IMG/VR virus record: IMGVR_UViG_3300027792_000013
Span: 1 to 64,000 of that record
DNA from: a virus
Reading direction: 5' to 3' (one strand)
DNA: 64,000 nucleotides
Part shown: positions 55,475 through 64,000 of the stretch, piece after piece
Layout of the letters: each line of letters begins with the position of its first letter
Position numbering within the stretch: position 1 is the stretch's first letter
Position numbers and translations under genes: made by a program
The notes under the pieces: model-generated
The model's input: the letters and a program-made list of their open reading frames with translations, nothing else
Told to the model about the DNA's origin: nothing
Databases searched by the model: none

Positions 55475-58045
55475 TTAAAACATAGTTTTCAATGAAATTT
55501 TTTCGGGATTAAAAAATTTGTCATGAATTGTCCAACCACATACTTTTCCTAAGTTATCTAAAGGATGTAAAAACGTTTTTTCGAATTGAGTTTCATAATC
55601 TATAGATTGGTCTAAACCCAACTCGGGAGGTAGAATAGTTAAAAACGCTATTACATTTTCCCCAATTTTGTTTGGAGTTTTAAGATAAATAAATTTAATT
55701 TTGGTTTTTTCCTGAATTAATCTATATTTCCCCAATAGGTTTAATTTTTTAATCCAGTAATTATATAATAGAGATCCTCTGACATGAATGGGGGTTGCTT
55801 TGGCATAAATATTTACATCGTCTCCATATTTTTTTAATCCTTGAACAGATCTTGGAAATGCGATTTCATCTGGTTTCATTTTATCATATTCTTCCCAAAA
55901 CTTCTTTATGCCAGACATTATTTTTTCCTCTGATTTCAGAAAAATATCATTCACAATTTCCTTTAATTTTGTTCTGATGACCTGCGGGGTGGAAGATCTG
56001 ACAATTTCAATTCCGGTAACTTTTAATGTTGGGGGATCACAAATTATATCTTCGTCAATATATTTCTGAATAATATATTTCTTTTTGGCTACAAAAAGAC
56101 CTTTTCCAACAACCTCTTGTTTCATAACAAGAGATTTTTTATAGACATTCAATATCGAATAAATCTCTTCAATTGCTTTTTCAATATATTTCGACACTTT
56201 TTTGTCACCAAATTCTTTTACAAATTTAGCGATTTCAGTATCTGACAATCCCGGTGATAATTTATTTGTCAATTTTGAACAAGAAATATATTCGGAATCT
56301 GTATCACAATAAACAACATCGATATGATCCTTTAAATTAGCTTTCAAATATTCCTCAATAAACCGAACTACATATTGACCTGTACATGTAATAGCCGAAG
56401 CAATTCTAATATCAAAATATCTAAATTTTTCATTTGCAAATGCTCCGTATCCGCTATTTAATAGAATTTTCAAAGCCTGTTGTTTCAAATCCAGACTTTT
56501 ATATAGAGATGTTTTACTTTTTGCGGATTTCATTTTCTTTTTGGTTTCTACTCGATCATTGTAAATGGTCTCCATAATATCACCAAAAATAGACGATTGA
56601 TCTTTTCTATAAAATTGTAAATTTGCTGTCATTGTTAAATTCTTTTCTTGTAAAATTGAAGTATCAACTTTTCTGAAAATCAAATTGTCCAATATAGAAT
56701 TATCGTCTTTTTTTGTTTCATCATAAAAACAAGCTAAAGAATCTATTCCAGGATTGTTAGGAAAAATTTTTGAAATCAAATCTTTTCTTGTATCCTCATC
56801 TGTTATTAGAGTCTGAGGAGAGATATTGCAATCAATAATAACATTTGGATACTCAGAATTTACATCGTATGAAATTACCCAATCATGAAACCCAATTTGT
56901 GGTTCTCTGACATATCCACCGGGATATTCTTCCTTTCTTGAATCTTTTTTAAAAGGCGGAACTATAAGATTTCGTTTTTTCTGCTCATTGTAAACAATCA
57001 CGTCCCAGACCTTTACGGCTGAAAAAATATCACAAAAAAGAACTTTGGCAGTATAAGCAATTGTTGTAGCTAAATTCAATAACTGTAATTTTTCTTCCAA
57101 AAGATAAACTAATTCAACATCATAGATATTATATTCGACAAACTTTTGTTTGTCATTTAAATAGAATTCATCTAAAGAATCTTCGTCAAACTTAACTTTT
57201 TCTTTGTTAAGTTCGACTTGTGAAATATGCGATAATGAATATGATTCCCTTGTTGTTGGTACATACTTTTTGTATAGATCCAAATAGTCTAAAATAGGAA
57301 TATGAAAATCCCAATGAGACAATCGACTTCCATTCACAAAAGATTCAATGGGATTGACATGCCCAATAGGACTCAAATCGTTTAAAACATTTGATCCAAT
57401 TACTTTGCAAATCCGGTTGGTTAAATATGGGATATCAAAATATTGGACATTCCACCCGGTAATAATATCCGGAGACAAAGATTTTATGACGTGAATAAAT
57501 AACTCCAAAAGTTCCCTTTCAGTTGTGACTTGTTTGAATTGAATTTTTTCTTTATCTATGTCTAATTGACATTTTGAAGTTTCAAAGGGGCAAGTACTTA
57601 AAACAAAAAATGATTTCGTTATACTATCTTTTATAGTAATCGAAGTAACCGGATATAATGCATCCTGTGGTTCAGCAAAACCTTGACTATTTGAAAAAAC
57701 TTCGATATCAATATAAACAGTTTTGATAAAATCTAGATTCCAAAATACTGATTGTTCTTCTCCCCATCTTGAATTAATAAATTGATATACTGGCGAAATT
57801 TCCCCATATAATGGAACATCTAGTTGTTTTTGATCATTTTTAAAATTATGATATTCTTTGATCGATAAACTATGTTTTTTCAAAAATTTATTATCAGTCC
57901 CTATATATTCAGTGGGTATTTGTGCCAAAGTATAGATTTCCGGATAAAAAATAACATCTCGTTTAAATTTCTTACCGGTTTCATTGTAACCAATACAACA
58001 TAAACTGTTACCGTTTGAAATCACATTTGTGTAAAATTCTTTCAT
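55475..58045 (-). CDS. gp43: Family B DNA polymerase (T4 gp43)
   Basis: ExoI DIE, GWN...FD, YN..DV; motif A D..S.YP, K..LNS.YG, DTDS, KKKY, G.EIVRSSTP. Confidence 0.97.
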   Translation of the reverse strand: MKEFYTNVISNGNSLCCIGYNETGKKFKRDVIFYPEIYTLAQIPTEYIGTDNKFLKKHSLSIKEYHNFKNDQKQLDVPLYGEISPVYQFINSRWGEEQSVFWNLDFIKTVYIDIEVFSNSQGFAEPQDALYPVTSITIKDSITKSFFVLSTCPFETSKCQLDIDKEKIQFKQVTTERELLELFIHVIKSLSPDIITGWNVQYFDIPYLTNRICKVIGSNVLNDLSPIGHVNPIESFVNGSRLSHWDFHIPILDYLDLYKKYVPTTRESYSLSHISQVELNKEKVKFDEDSLDEFYLNDKQKFVEYNIYDVELVYLLEEKLQLLNLATTIAYTAKVLFCDIFSAVKVWDVIVYNEQKKRNLIVPPFKKDSRKEEYPGGYVREPQIGFHDWVISYDVNSEYPNVIIDCNISPQTLITDEDTRKDLISKIFPNNPGIDSLACFYDETKKDDNSILDNLIFRKVDTSILQEKNLTMTANLQFYRKDQSSIFGDIMETIYNDRVETKKKMKSAKSKTSLYKSLDLKQQALKILLNSGYGAFANEKFRYFDIRIASAITCTGQYVVRFIEEYLKANLKDHIDVVYCDTDSEYISCSKLTNKLSPGLSDTEIAKFVKEFGDKKVSKYIEKAIEEIYSILNVYKKSLVMKQEVVGKGLFVAKKKYIIQKYIDEDIICDPPTLKVTGIEIVRSSTPQVIRTKLKEIVNDIFLKSEEKIMSGIKKFWEEYDKMKPDEIAFPRSVQGLKKYGDDVNIYAKATPIHVRGSLLYNYWIKKLNLLGKYRLIQEKTKIKFIYLKTPNKIGENVIAFLTILPPELGLDQSIDYETQFEKTFLHPLDNLGKVCGWTIHDKFFNPEKISLKTMF

Positions 58046-59253
58046 TCAAATATTTCCTTTAGATCATGTTTAATTGTATCTTCTTCAAATTTGTTAAAAA
58101 CCATTCCACTTTTAATTAACTCGTCAAGTTTTTTTCCTTTTGGTAAATCAAATATTTTGTCAATTAATGTAAAAATAAAAATATCATTTCGAGGAAAAAT
58201 GTCTCTTATAATTTCTTTTGAATTCAAGAAAAGTATATTTTCTAACTCAGTTTTATCTTTTATAAAGTGATACAAATTATGCAAGGATAAAAAACTATAA
58301 AAACGTGTCGTAAATGCCTGATTTTTTTCGTTAAATTCTTGATATATATGTCGCCAAGTTAAACCTTCACAAACTGGACAATCACAAGGTAGTGGAATAT
58401 CTAAATTAAGATGGTCAATTGAATCTATCTGTTTTGTTATAGTTAATTTGCTCGATTTAAAAATAGAAGTTTTGTAAGACCCGAATGCCGATGATAATAT
58501 AGGTGATGATGAATCGTATGAAATTTTGCATTTATACCCTAATTGATTTAGTTTATGTTGAAAATAAATCAACATGCGCATAATTTGATATGATGTTGCT
58601 CCAAAAATATGAAAAATTTTTCCTTTGCTGTTAAATCTATCAAATTCCCCGGATTCTAAAAACATAATAAGAGCATACAAAGTTAAAAATATATTTCGTG
58701 ATACAGATCCAATCGCCCACCCACCACTAAAATTAAAATCCTTGACTTTCTGATACCACGTAATCAATTGATCGATGCTTCTTCCTTGTAAAACATTCAT
58801 AAATTTTGTTTTGTTACTTTGATGAGTTTCAAACCATTGAAAATTAGAAAATGACATTTCTAAACATTCTTCAAATGTTTTTCTTCTGTTTCCTTTACTA
58901 GATGATATAAATGGTGGTATATCCAAATTTGGAGAGTAATTGGTATTTTCTTCTAACCAATCAAATATTTTTTCTCTAATCTCATCAGAATATTCTAAGT
59001 AGTCCGTAGTTATTTGATATCCACCAGAATCTCCCATCACTAATGTTTTAGTTAAGTCAATTTTTAATATTTCCTTAACCAAATTTGGTTTTTTATAATT
59101 ATGTCCGGCCGAAAACATAATTTTGTCATAATGAAAAATAGAATTTTCTTTATTGAAAAATCGCATAGACTTTTCTTTTATTAATTTATCAGTAATCATT
59201 TCATCATATAAACATCCTGTCGATATTGCTGGAATATATAAAGTTCTATTCAT
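58042..59253 (-). CDS. TGT-fold transglycosylase (DpdA-like, DNA deazaguanine insertion)
   Basis: DSGGYQ, LDIP, VLQG, GWAIG, HIFG, SYDSSS, Zn site CDCPVC...HN. Confidence 0.8.
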   Translation of the reverse strand: MNRTLYIPAISTGCLYDEMITDKLIKEKSMRFFNKENSIFHYDKIMFSAGHNYKKPNLVKEILKIDLTKTLVMGDSGGYQITTDYLEYSDEIREKIFDWLEENTNYSPNLDIPPFISSSKGNRRKTFEECLEMSFSNFQWFETHQSNKTKFMNVLQGRSIDQLITWYQKVKDFNFSGGWAIGSVSRNIFLTLYALIMFLESGEFDRFNSKGKIFHIFGATSYQIMRMLIYFQHKLNQLGYKCKISYDSSSPILSSAFGSYKTSIFKSSKLTITKQIDSIDHLNLDIPLPCDCPVCEGLTWRHIYQEFNEKNQAFTTRFYSFLSLHNLYHFIKDKTELENILFLNSKEIIRDIFPRNDIFIFTLIDKIFDLPKGKKLDELIKSGMVFNKFEEDTIKHDLKEIFE

Positions 59254-59276
59254 TTAATGACCTACCTTATTTAATT

Positions 59277-59305
59277 ATTATACCAAAAAACTTAAAAAAA
59301 CTTTC
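59277..59305 (-). promoter_or_regulatory. Class II variant promoter GAAAGT-N17-TATAAT for the DpdA-like and gp43 genes
   Basis: Spacing conserved; one mismatch to consensus. Confidence 0.5.
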
Positions 59306-59331
59306 TTTTTTTAGTAGAAAAATATATGTTT

Positions 59332-60339
59332 TCATATATACTCCTTGATTTTTTCAAACCCAACAAATTTATTAATCAATATTTGTCTTTGTATTTTTAA
59401 TAATTCATCCAATTTATTTTTATTCATTGAGTTAATTTGTTTGACAAAATGCAAAAACGTTTTAATTATTTCATTGTCGGATAAGAGATTCTCATATTTA
59501 AATTCTGATATATACATTTCTTCGTAAGACAATCGATTTGGAATAAATGGAACCACATCTAAAAATACTCCCTCAACAGCACTTATACCAAATGTTTCTT
59601 GAAGATTGGCACTAAATAAAAATTTACTACTCGTTAGTAATTTATAATAATCTTTTTTTGTTTTGCATTCTTCTAAACTAACAACAAAAGACATGTCTTT
59701 TATTTCATTTTTCATTCTCCTAAATAAGTCAATTCTTTTTTCCACTGATAGTCTATGTGGAAAAATTACCTGATTTTTCTTTAAATCACGATCCATTTTA
59801 TACTTATTTAAATAATCTATTTTGTATGGAAATCCAACTACTTTTATTTTGTCTTTATATGTATTCCCAAAATTATTTATGATCATTTTTTTATGAAAAT
59901 CAGTTGTAACAAAAGATATGTCGGAACAATCTAATAAACTTTTTTCAAATCCATTGAAATACTTATTTGCACCAACTAATCCTAATAAATCATATGGATC
60001 ATAACTTCCAGCATGCCAATAAGAATAGATTTTAATATTAATTCCACTTAAAAGTGACATATATTTTACTGCTATAATCCCATAATGCCAGGCATCATAA
60101 AACAAAAATTTATCATTTGGTTTAATTAATTTTTTATTGAATAAATCTGCCATTTTACTAATTTGTTCTGATTTCCACTTATTAGTATTAAAAATATCTA
60201 AAAAATTTTTGTTATTACTTATACCAGATCTAGTTTTTCCGTCTATTTCAATCGAGTCCGGAAATTCTTCTTTAAACCATACTTTCCACTGTTTTGTATA
60301 TCTTGTCTCTAATGGTTCCAATGTAACTAAATATAGCAT
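59332..60339 (-). CDS. GT-B (GT4-like) glycosyltransferase
   Basis: LEP.ETRYT.QW, WHAGSYDP.D.LG, FPHRLS.EK, LQETFGIS..EG, P.RLSY.E. Confidence 0.8.
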   Translation of the reverse strand: MLYLVTLEPLETRYTKQWKVWFKEEFPDSIEIDGKTRSGISNNKNFLDIFNTNKWKSEQISKMADLFNKKLIKPNDKFLFYDAWHYGIIAVKYMSLLSGINIKIYSYWHAGSYDPYDLLGLVGANKYFNGFEKSLLDCSDISFVTTDFHKKMIINNFGNTYKDKIKVVGFPYKIDYLNKYKMDRDLKKNQVIFPHRLSVEKRIDLFRRMKNEIKDMSFVVSLEECKTKKDYYKLLTSSKFLFSANLQETFGISAVEGVFLDVVPFIPNRLSYEEMYISEFKYENLLSDNEIIKTFLHFVKQINSMNKNKLDELLKIQRQILINKFVGFEKIKEYI

Positions 60340-60359
60340 ATTAACCTCCATAATCTATT

Positions 60360-61091
60360 TTAATATATATATTCAATATCTTTAATAGACCAACCATCTT
60401 TTTTTAAAGAAATTCCATAATTATTTACTTTTTTACTCCAAGCCAATTCAGATACCCACTTTTTTTCTGAATAACTATATCTAAGATGGTAAATACTATC
60501 ATTACAAAATATATAGTGAGGTTTTATTTTTTTATGTTTGAAAATTAAATCAGAAAAAACAAACCAATCTATTGTTTTTTTAGTATTTAATAATTTTTTT
60601 AAAATAACAGTATCTTCTATAAAAGTATCATATTTTTGTAAATAACAACATCCCAACATTGAAAGATAAATATCATCATTTACAAACATCGGTGCTTTTC
60701 TGATTCCTATATCAACTCTATTTTCTATAAATGACATATAGACTATGTTTTTATTTTCCACAAATTTTAAAATGTTTTGAATAACTTTTTCATTAAAAAT
60801 AAAATCATCGTCAAAAATAAAGTAGTTTTTACGATTTAAATTATTCATATATTTAAGCATGTAATAAGTAGTTTTATTTATATTGCCACCACCTAATCCT
60901 GAAAATATATTCCACTTTTTTATCATCAATACTTCGAGTAACTTTTTCTGAAACCCAGTTAAGTCATTTTCCCCATCTTTGATTACTAACAAATTACCAA
61001 CAGTATTAAATGTTGATAGTACTGTTAAAAAAGCAGTAAAACATTCATACCCAAGAGTTCTTACCACAATTGTAAAATTTTTTTCTTTCAT
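60360..61091 (-). CDS. GT-A-like glycosyltransferase (divergent)
   Basis: TIVVRT N-terminal strand, FIFDDD DxD motif, DW, YH. Confidence 0.5.
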   Translation of the reverse strand: MKEKNFTIVVRTLGYECFTAFLTVLSTFNTVGNLLVIKDGENDLTGFQKKLLEVLMIKKWNIFSGLGGGNINKTTYYMLKYMNNLNRKNYFIFDDDFIFNEKVIQNILKFVENKNIVYMSFIENRVDIGIRKAPMFVNDDIYLSMLGCCYLQKYDTFIEDTVILKKLLNTKKTIDWFVFSDLIFKHKKIKPHYIFCNDSIYHLRYSYSEKKWVSELAWSKKVNNYGISLKKDGWSIKDIEYIY

Positions 61092-61097
61092 ATTTAT

Positions 61098-61727
61098 TTA
61101 CATAAAAAGATTAAACACTTTATCATTTTTAAACCATAATCTTTCACAAAAAAGATTGTTTTTATGTAAATAAAAATACAAGCTATTTATTAAAGAAATA
61201 TCAATCTGTGATTTATATAACATAACCAATCTTATTTTATCAAAAATATCTATATTAATAAATGCATGATTAAAATTATTATTTTTTAAAAAATCATTGG
61301 TTTTAAATTGTACATTATCGGCATATGGTAAATCCTCATAAAAAATTAATTTATCATCGGGTAATATATTTTTAAAAGTTTCAAAGCATATAACATGATC
61401 TATATGTTCTTCAATTGATAATGGCAAGAAAACGAAATCATACCAACATAAATTTATTTTAACATCTATGTTTATTTTTAATTTCGAACGTAACTTAGAA
61501 TCTAAAAAATTTAAGTGAATATAATTTGCATTTACATGTTTACAGAAACTTTTGTCTTCTTGTAATCTTGTATTATATGGATTTTCCGATTTTATATTTT
61601 CATTTAATAGATAATTACTTTTATTAAAAACCGTTAAAATAGTTTTTTTACCTATTATTCTTTGTATAGATCCACCAATAGAAAAAGCAATATCATCGAA
61701 ATGTGGTTGAACAAATAATATCTTCAT
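61098..61727 (-). CDS. PIG-L/LmbE-family N-deacetylase
   Basis: PHFDD...S.GG, R..ED, HIDH, YEDLPY, YKSQ. Confidence 0.88.
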   Translation of the reverse strand: MKILFVQPHFDDIAFSIGGSIQRIIGKKTILTVFNKSNYLLNENIKSENPYNTRLQEDKSFCKHVNANYIHLNFLDSKLRSKLKINIDVKINLCWYDFVFLPLSIEEHIDHVICFETFKNILPDDKLIFYEDLPYADNVQFKTNDFLKNNNFNHAFINIDIFDKIRLVMLYKSQIDISLINSLYFYLHKNNLFCERLWFKNDKVFNLFM

Positions 61728-62167
61728 TTTTTGTAATCTACCATATATTTTTCCCAGTCATTATAACTAAAAGAATCTGAAATAAATATACCATCAATTG
61801 ATTCTATTTTTAAAGATACTTGATTTATATTACTCAAAGTCAGATTATTAGTTTTTAAAGTAAATATTTTATGAATGTAGTGATTTGATAATATATAAGC
61901 CGGTATCTTAAAAATTTCATCTATTTCATATTCAGCAACAATGATATATTTATTTACATCTATTGTTGATAAAAATTCAAATAATTCTTTATTGTCTATT
62001 TTTGATTGATTACATGCTCCAAAATAAATCCTTTTAATATCCACATCTTTTTCTAGTATATTTTTAATTTCATTTAGAGAAAAAGATCCTTTGACAAATA
62101 AAGTTTTGATTTTATCTTTTTCTATCCCTTCAACTTCTACCGATACAAAATAAGGTTTATCTAACAT
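61724..62167 (-). CDS. Hypothetical protein of the modification cluster
   Basis: YF...EVEG.....KTLFV, IYFGA.NQS; start approximate. Confidence 0.55.
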   Translation of the reverse strand: MLDKPYFVSVEVEGIEKDKIKTLFVKGSFSLNEIKNILEKDVDIKRIYFGACNQSKIDNKELFEFLSTIDVNKYIIVAEYEIDEIFKIPAYILSNHYIHKIFTLKTNNLTLSNINQVSLKIESIDGIFISDSFSYNDWEKYMVDYKK

Positions 62168-62873
62168 TTTTTTTCTCACTTTCACCATGATCATTGCTGT
62201 ATCCTAAACAAGTTTCACATTTTTTAATAATTCTATTTTCAATATTCGTTTCCCAAATATTCCCCAAAACACAATCACTACTATCATCAAAACACTCACA
62301 ACATCTTACTATTTTACCATTAGATAGTACTACCACCTCATTATTTACAAGAAAAGAACAATTTTTGAAATCACTCCTTTTCTCTGTATTATTTAATTGA
62401 CCCAGGTCCCGCAATCGTTTGGTAAAACATTTGAATCCATTATTTAAAAGATCTAGTATAATGTCTTTATATTTTTCTTCGTCAAAAAATAATATATTTA
62501 TTTTATCTTTGTCATTTTTTATTTCACTCAAATTTTTAATTGAGTTATAATTGTGAAAGGAAATGTATAATTTACTTAACCCCATTTTTATTAAAGACGA
62601 AAAATTACTATTAGTTAATAGAATTCCATTCGTATTTAATTCAACTTTTATTTTTTTATTATTTAATACTTTTATTGTATATAATAATATATCTAATTCC
62701 AAAAGACTTTCTCCAAAATGATGTAATCGTACTTTTTTCGATGTGATAATATTACATATATGGTCTATCACATCTTTATCAATTGTTTTAATAGGTCTTG
62801 TCATCGCACTTCTTGGGCAATAATAACAACTTAAGTTACATTTATTTGTTATTTCAATTTGATATATATTCAT
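62157..62873 (-). CDS. Radical SAM enzyme with SPASM/twitch domain
   Basis: QIEITNKCNLSCYYCPR, LHHFGESLL, NTNG, C.....G.IV.CC...LGN...C..C. Confidence 0.85.
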   Translation of the reverse strand: MNIYQIEITNKCNLSCYYCPRSAMTRPIKTIDKDVIDHICNIITSKKVRLHHFGESLLELDILLYTIKVLNNKKIKVELNTNGILLTNSNFSSLIKMGLSKLYISFHNYNSIKNLSEIKNDKDKINILFFDEEKYKDIILDLLNNGFKCFTKRLRDLGQLNNTEKRSDFKNCSFLVNNEVVVLSNGKIVRCCECFDDSSDCVLGNIWETNIENRIIKKCETCLGYSNDHGESEKKNVR

Positions 62874-63206
62874 CTAATAATACTCTTTTAGTGATCCATT
62901 TTCATTATCTTCTGATATTTCAATTTTAATTTTTCTTTTAGGAAATTTGGTGGAAATTTTTTTATAAAAAAAATCAGATATTGCCTCACAAGATTTGTTA
63001 TTAAGATTCTTATTTTTTATTAAAGATTCTACGAAACTTTTGAATAAAAAGAACTCTATATCACGATCATTGTGGAAAACTTCTATCCATATTTTTACAT
63101 AAAAAATATGACGGTGGATATTTTTTAAAAATTTTACTTCTGGTGGGGCATCTGTATATCGATGAAACCCAACAAAATTAGTAGTAATCCATATAAAACT
63201 ATTCAT
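62874..63206 (-). CDS. QueD-like T-fold protein with LxxxHRHxF motif (DpdL-like)
   Basis: GFH, LKNIHRHIF, HNDRDIEF, SCE, SEDNENG; lacks the CxxxHGH of QueD; start MNSFIW. Confidence 0.75.
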   Translation of the reverse strand: MNSFIWITTNFVGFHRYTDAPPEVKFLKNIHRHIFYVKIWIEVFHNDRDIEFFLFKSFVESLIKNKNLNNKSCEAISDFFYKKISTKFPKRKIKIEISEDNENGSLKEYY

Positions 63207-63207
63207 T

Positions 63208-63822
63208 CTATTTCTTAATGTAATGTAAAAATTCTTCTTTTGTACTAATATCAAGAAAACAGCCTTTTAATGAAGTAGTTATCATCCAGGCATTCGGTTC
63301 TTGAATTCCTCTGATCTGCATGCAACCATGTTGAGCTTTAATATAAACTCCACATCCTACCGGTTGAAGTTTTTCATCAATGAACTCCGATATTTGTTCC
63401 GTTAATTCTTCTTGAATTTGTGGTCTTTTGGTAAACCAATCAACAATTCGAGCCAGCTTAGAAATGCCAGTAATTAGCTTATTGGGAATGTATCCTATAT
63501 AAGCCTCACCAACAAATGGGACAAAATGATGAGAACATAATGAATTTACGCGAATTGGACCCAAAACAATCATAGAGTTAATCTGTTTGGTATTGACGAA
63601 AAATGTTATCTTTGGAGACGGTTCATAACAGCCTTTTAAAAGTTCCCTAACATACATTTTGGCAATTCTTTTAGGGGTTTCGTTTAAATTTTGATCTAAA
63701 TTCATATCAAATCCCAAGATCTTTAAAATTGATATAAAATGAGTTTGTACTTCGTCTTCCATGATTTTCAATTCAGATTCCGTTTTTATCTTATTGTCAT
63801 TCGCAATTCCTAGTCCTGGCAT
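63208..63822 (-). CDS. folE: GTP cyclohydrolase I
   Basis: ETPKRIAKMY, SLCSHHFVPF.G, GISKLARIV, RPQIQE, H.CM..RG. Confidence 0.96.
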   Translation of the reverse strand: MPGLGIANDNKIKTESELKIMEDEVQTHFISILKILGFDMNLDQNLNETPKRIAKMYVRELLKGCYEPSPKITFFVNTKQINSMIVLGPIRVNSLCSHHFVPFVGEAYIGYIPNKLITGISKLARIVDWFTKRPQIQEELTEQISEFIDEKLQPVGCGVYIKAQHGCMQIRGIQEPNAWMITTSLKGCFLDISTKEEFLHYIKK

Positions 63823-63856
63823 TTTTACTCCTTCTTTTAAATCAATTTATTGGTCT

Positions 63857-63885
63857 ATTATAATATATTTCATATTTTTACTTAA
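63857..63885 (-). promoter_or_regulatory. Class II promoter TTAAGT-N17-TATAAT heading the folE operon
   Basis: Exact motif and spacing. Confidence 0.65.
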
Positions 63886-64000
63886 TATAATCTGGCATGT
63901 AAATAAAACTTATCAGCTATATTTGTACTAAGATTCAAAATAACTAGTTTTGTTTCAAATATTAACGTCCAGTTATCAGGTAAATCAGTTCCAAATAATC

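Noticed and set aside
435-62400. Plus-strand ORFs other than gp4
   Set aside because: All are antisense to well-supported minus-strand genes and have Ser/Phe/Ile-rich shadow composition
62157-62873. Radical SAM next to folE and the T-fold gene as QueE
   Set aside because: It lacks the QueE signatures (F.R..GC...C.WCDT, TGGEP) and has a SPASM-type C-terminus
62874-63206. Canonical QueD
   Set aside because: No CxxxHGH motif; it has LxxxHRHxF instead
1-64000. Stop-codon reassignment, introns or inteins
   Set aside because: Core genes (gp43, gp41, gp61, topoisomerase, ligase) are full length and uninterrupted in the standard code

Overview
This 64-kb window comes from a large, AT-rich, T4-like (myovirus-type) phage genome. 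Almost all genes lie on the minus strand and read normally in the standard code. It holds the T4-type replication core (gp43, UvsX, gp41, gp61, RNase H, gp45/44/62, gp32, gp59, gp30, topoisomerase gp39+60 and gp52, RegA), two late structural genes at the left end (gp48-like, gp4), one tRNA (CAT anticodon, Ile2-like), a CHAP lysin and many small accessory ORFs, including paralog families and GC-richer inserts. Two biosynthetic clusters stand out. (1) At 58-63.8 kb, a putative DNA base-hypermodification locus: FolE, a QueD-like T-fold protein with LxxxHRHxF, a radical SAM enzyme, a PIG-L deacetylase, two glycosyltransferases and a TGT/DpdA-like transglycosylase coupled to a DNA polymerase with unusual active-site residues. 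No canonical QueD, QueE or QueC is present. (2) At 40.3-51.7 kb, an ~11-kb glycan operon behind a T4-type late promoter: an FnlA/QnlA/FnlC-type amino-sugar pathway, multidomain glycosyltransferases (one with a Maf/DUF115-like domain, one fused to radical SAM), a split WbdD-like methyltransferase plus kinase, and WcbI. No membrane or export component is visible, which suggests cytoplasmic glycosylation of virion proteins. Three promoter classes can be read directly from the intergenic DNA. All family assignments come from motif recognition by eye; no database searches were run.
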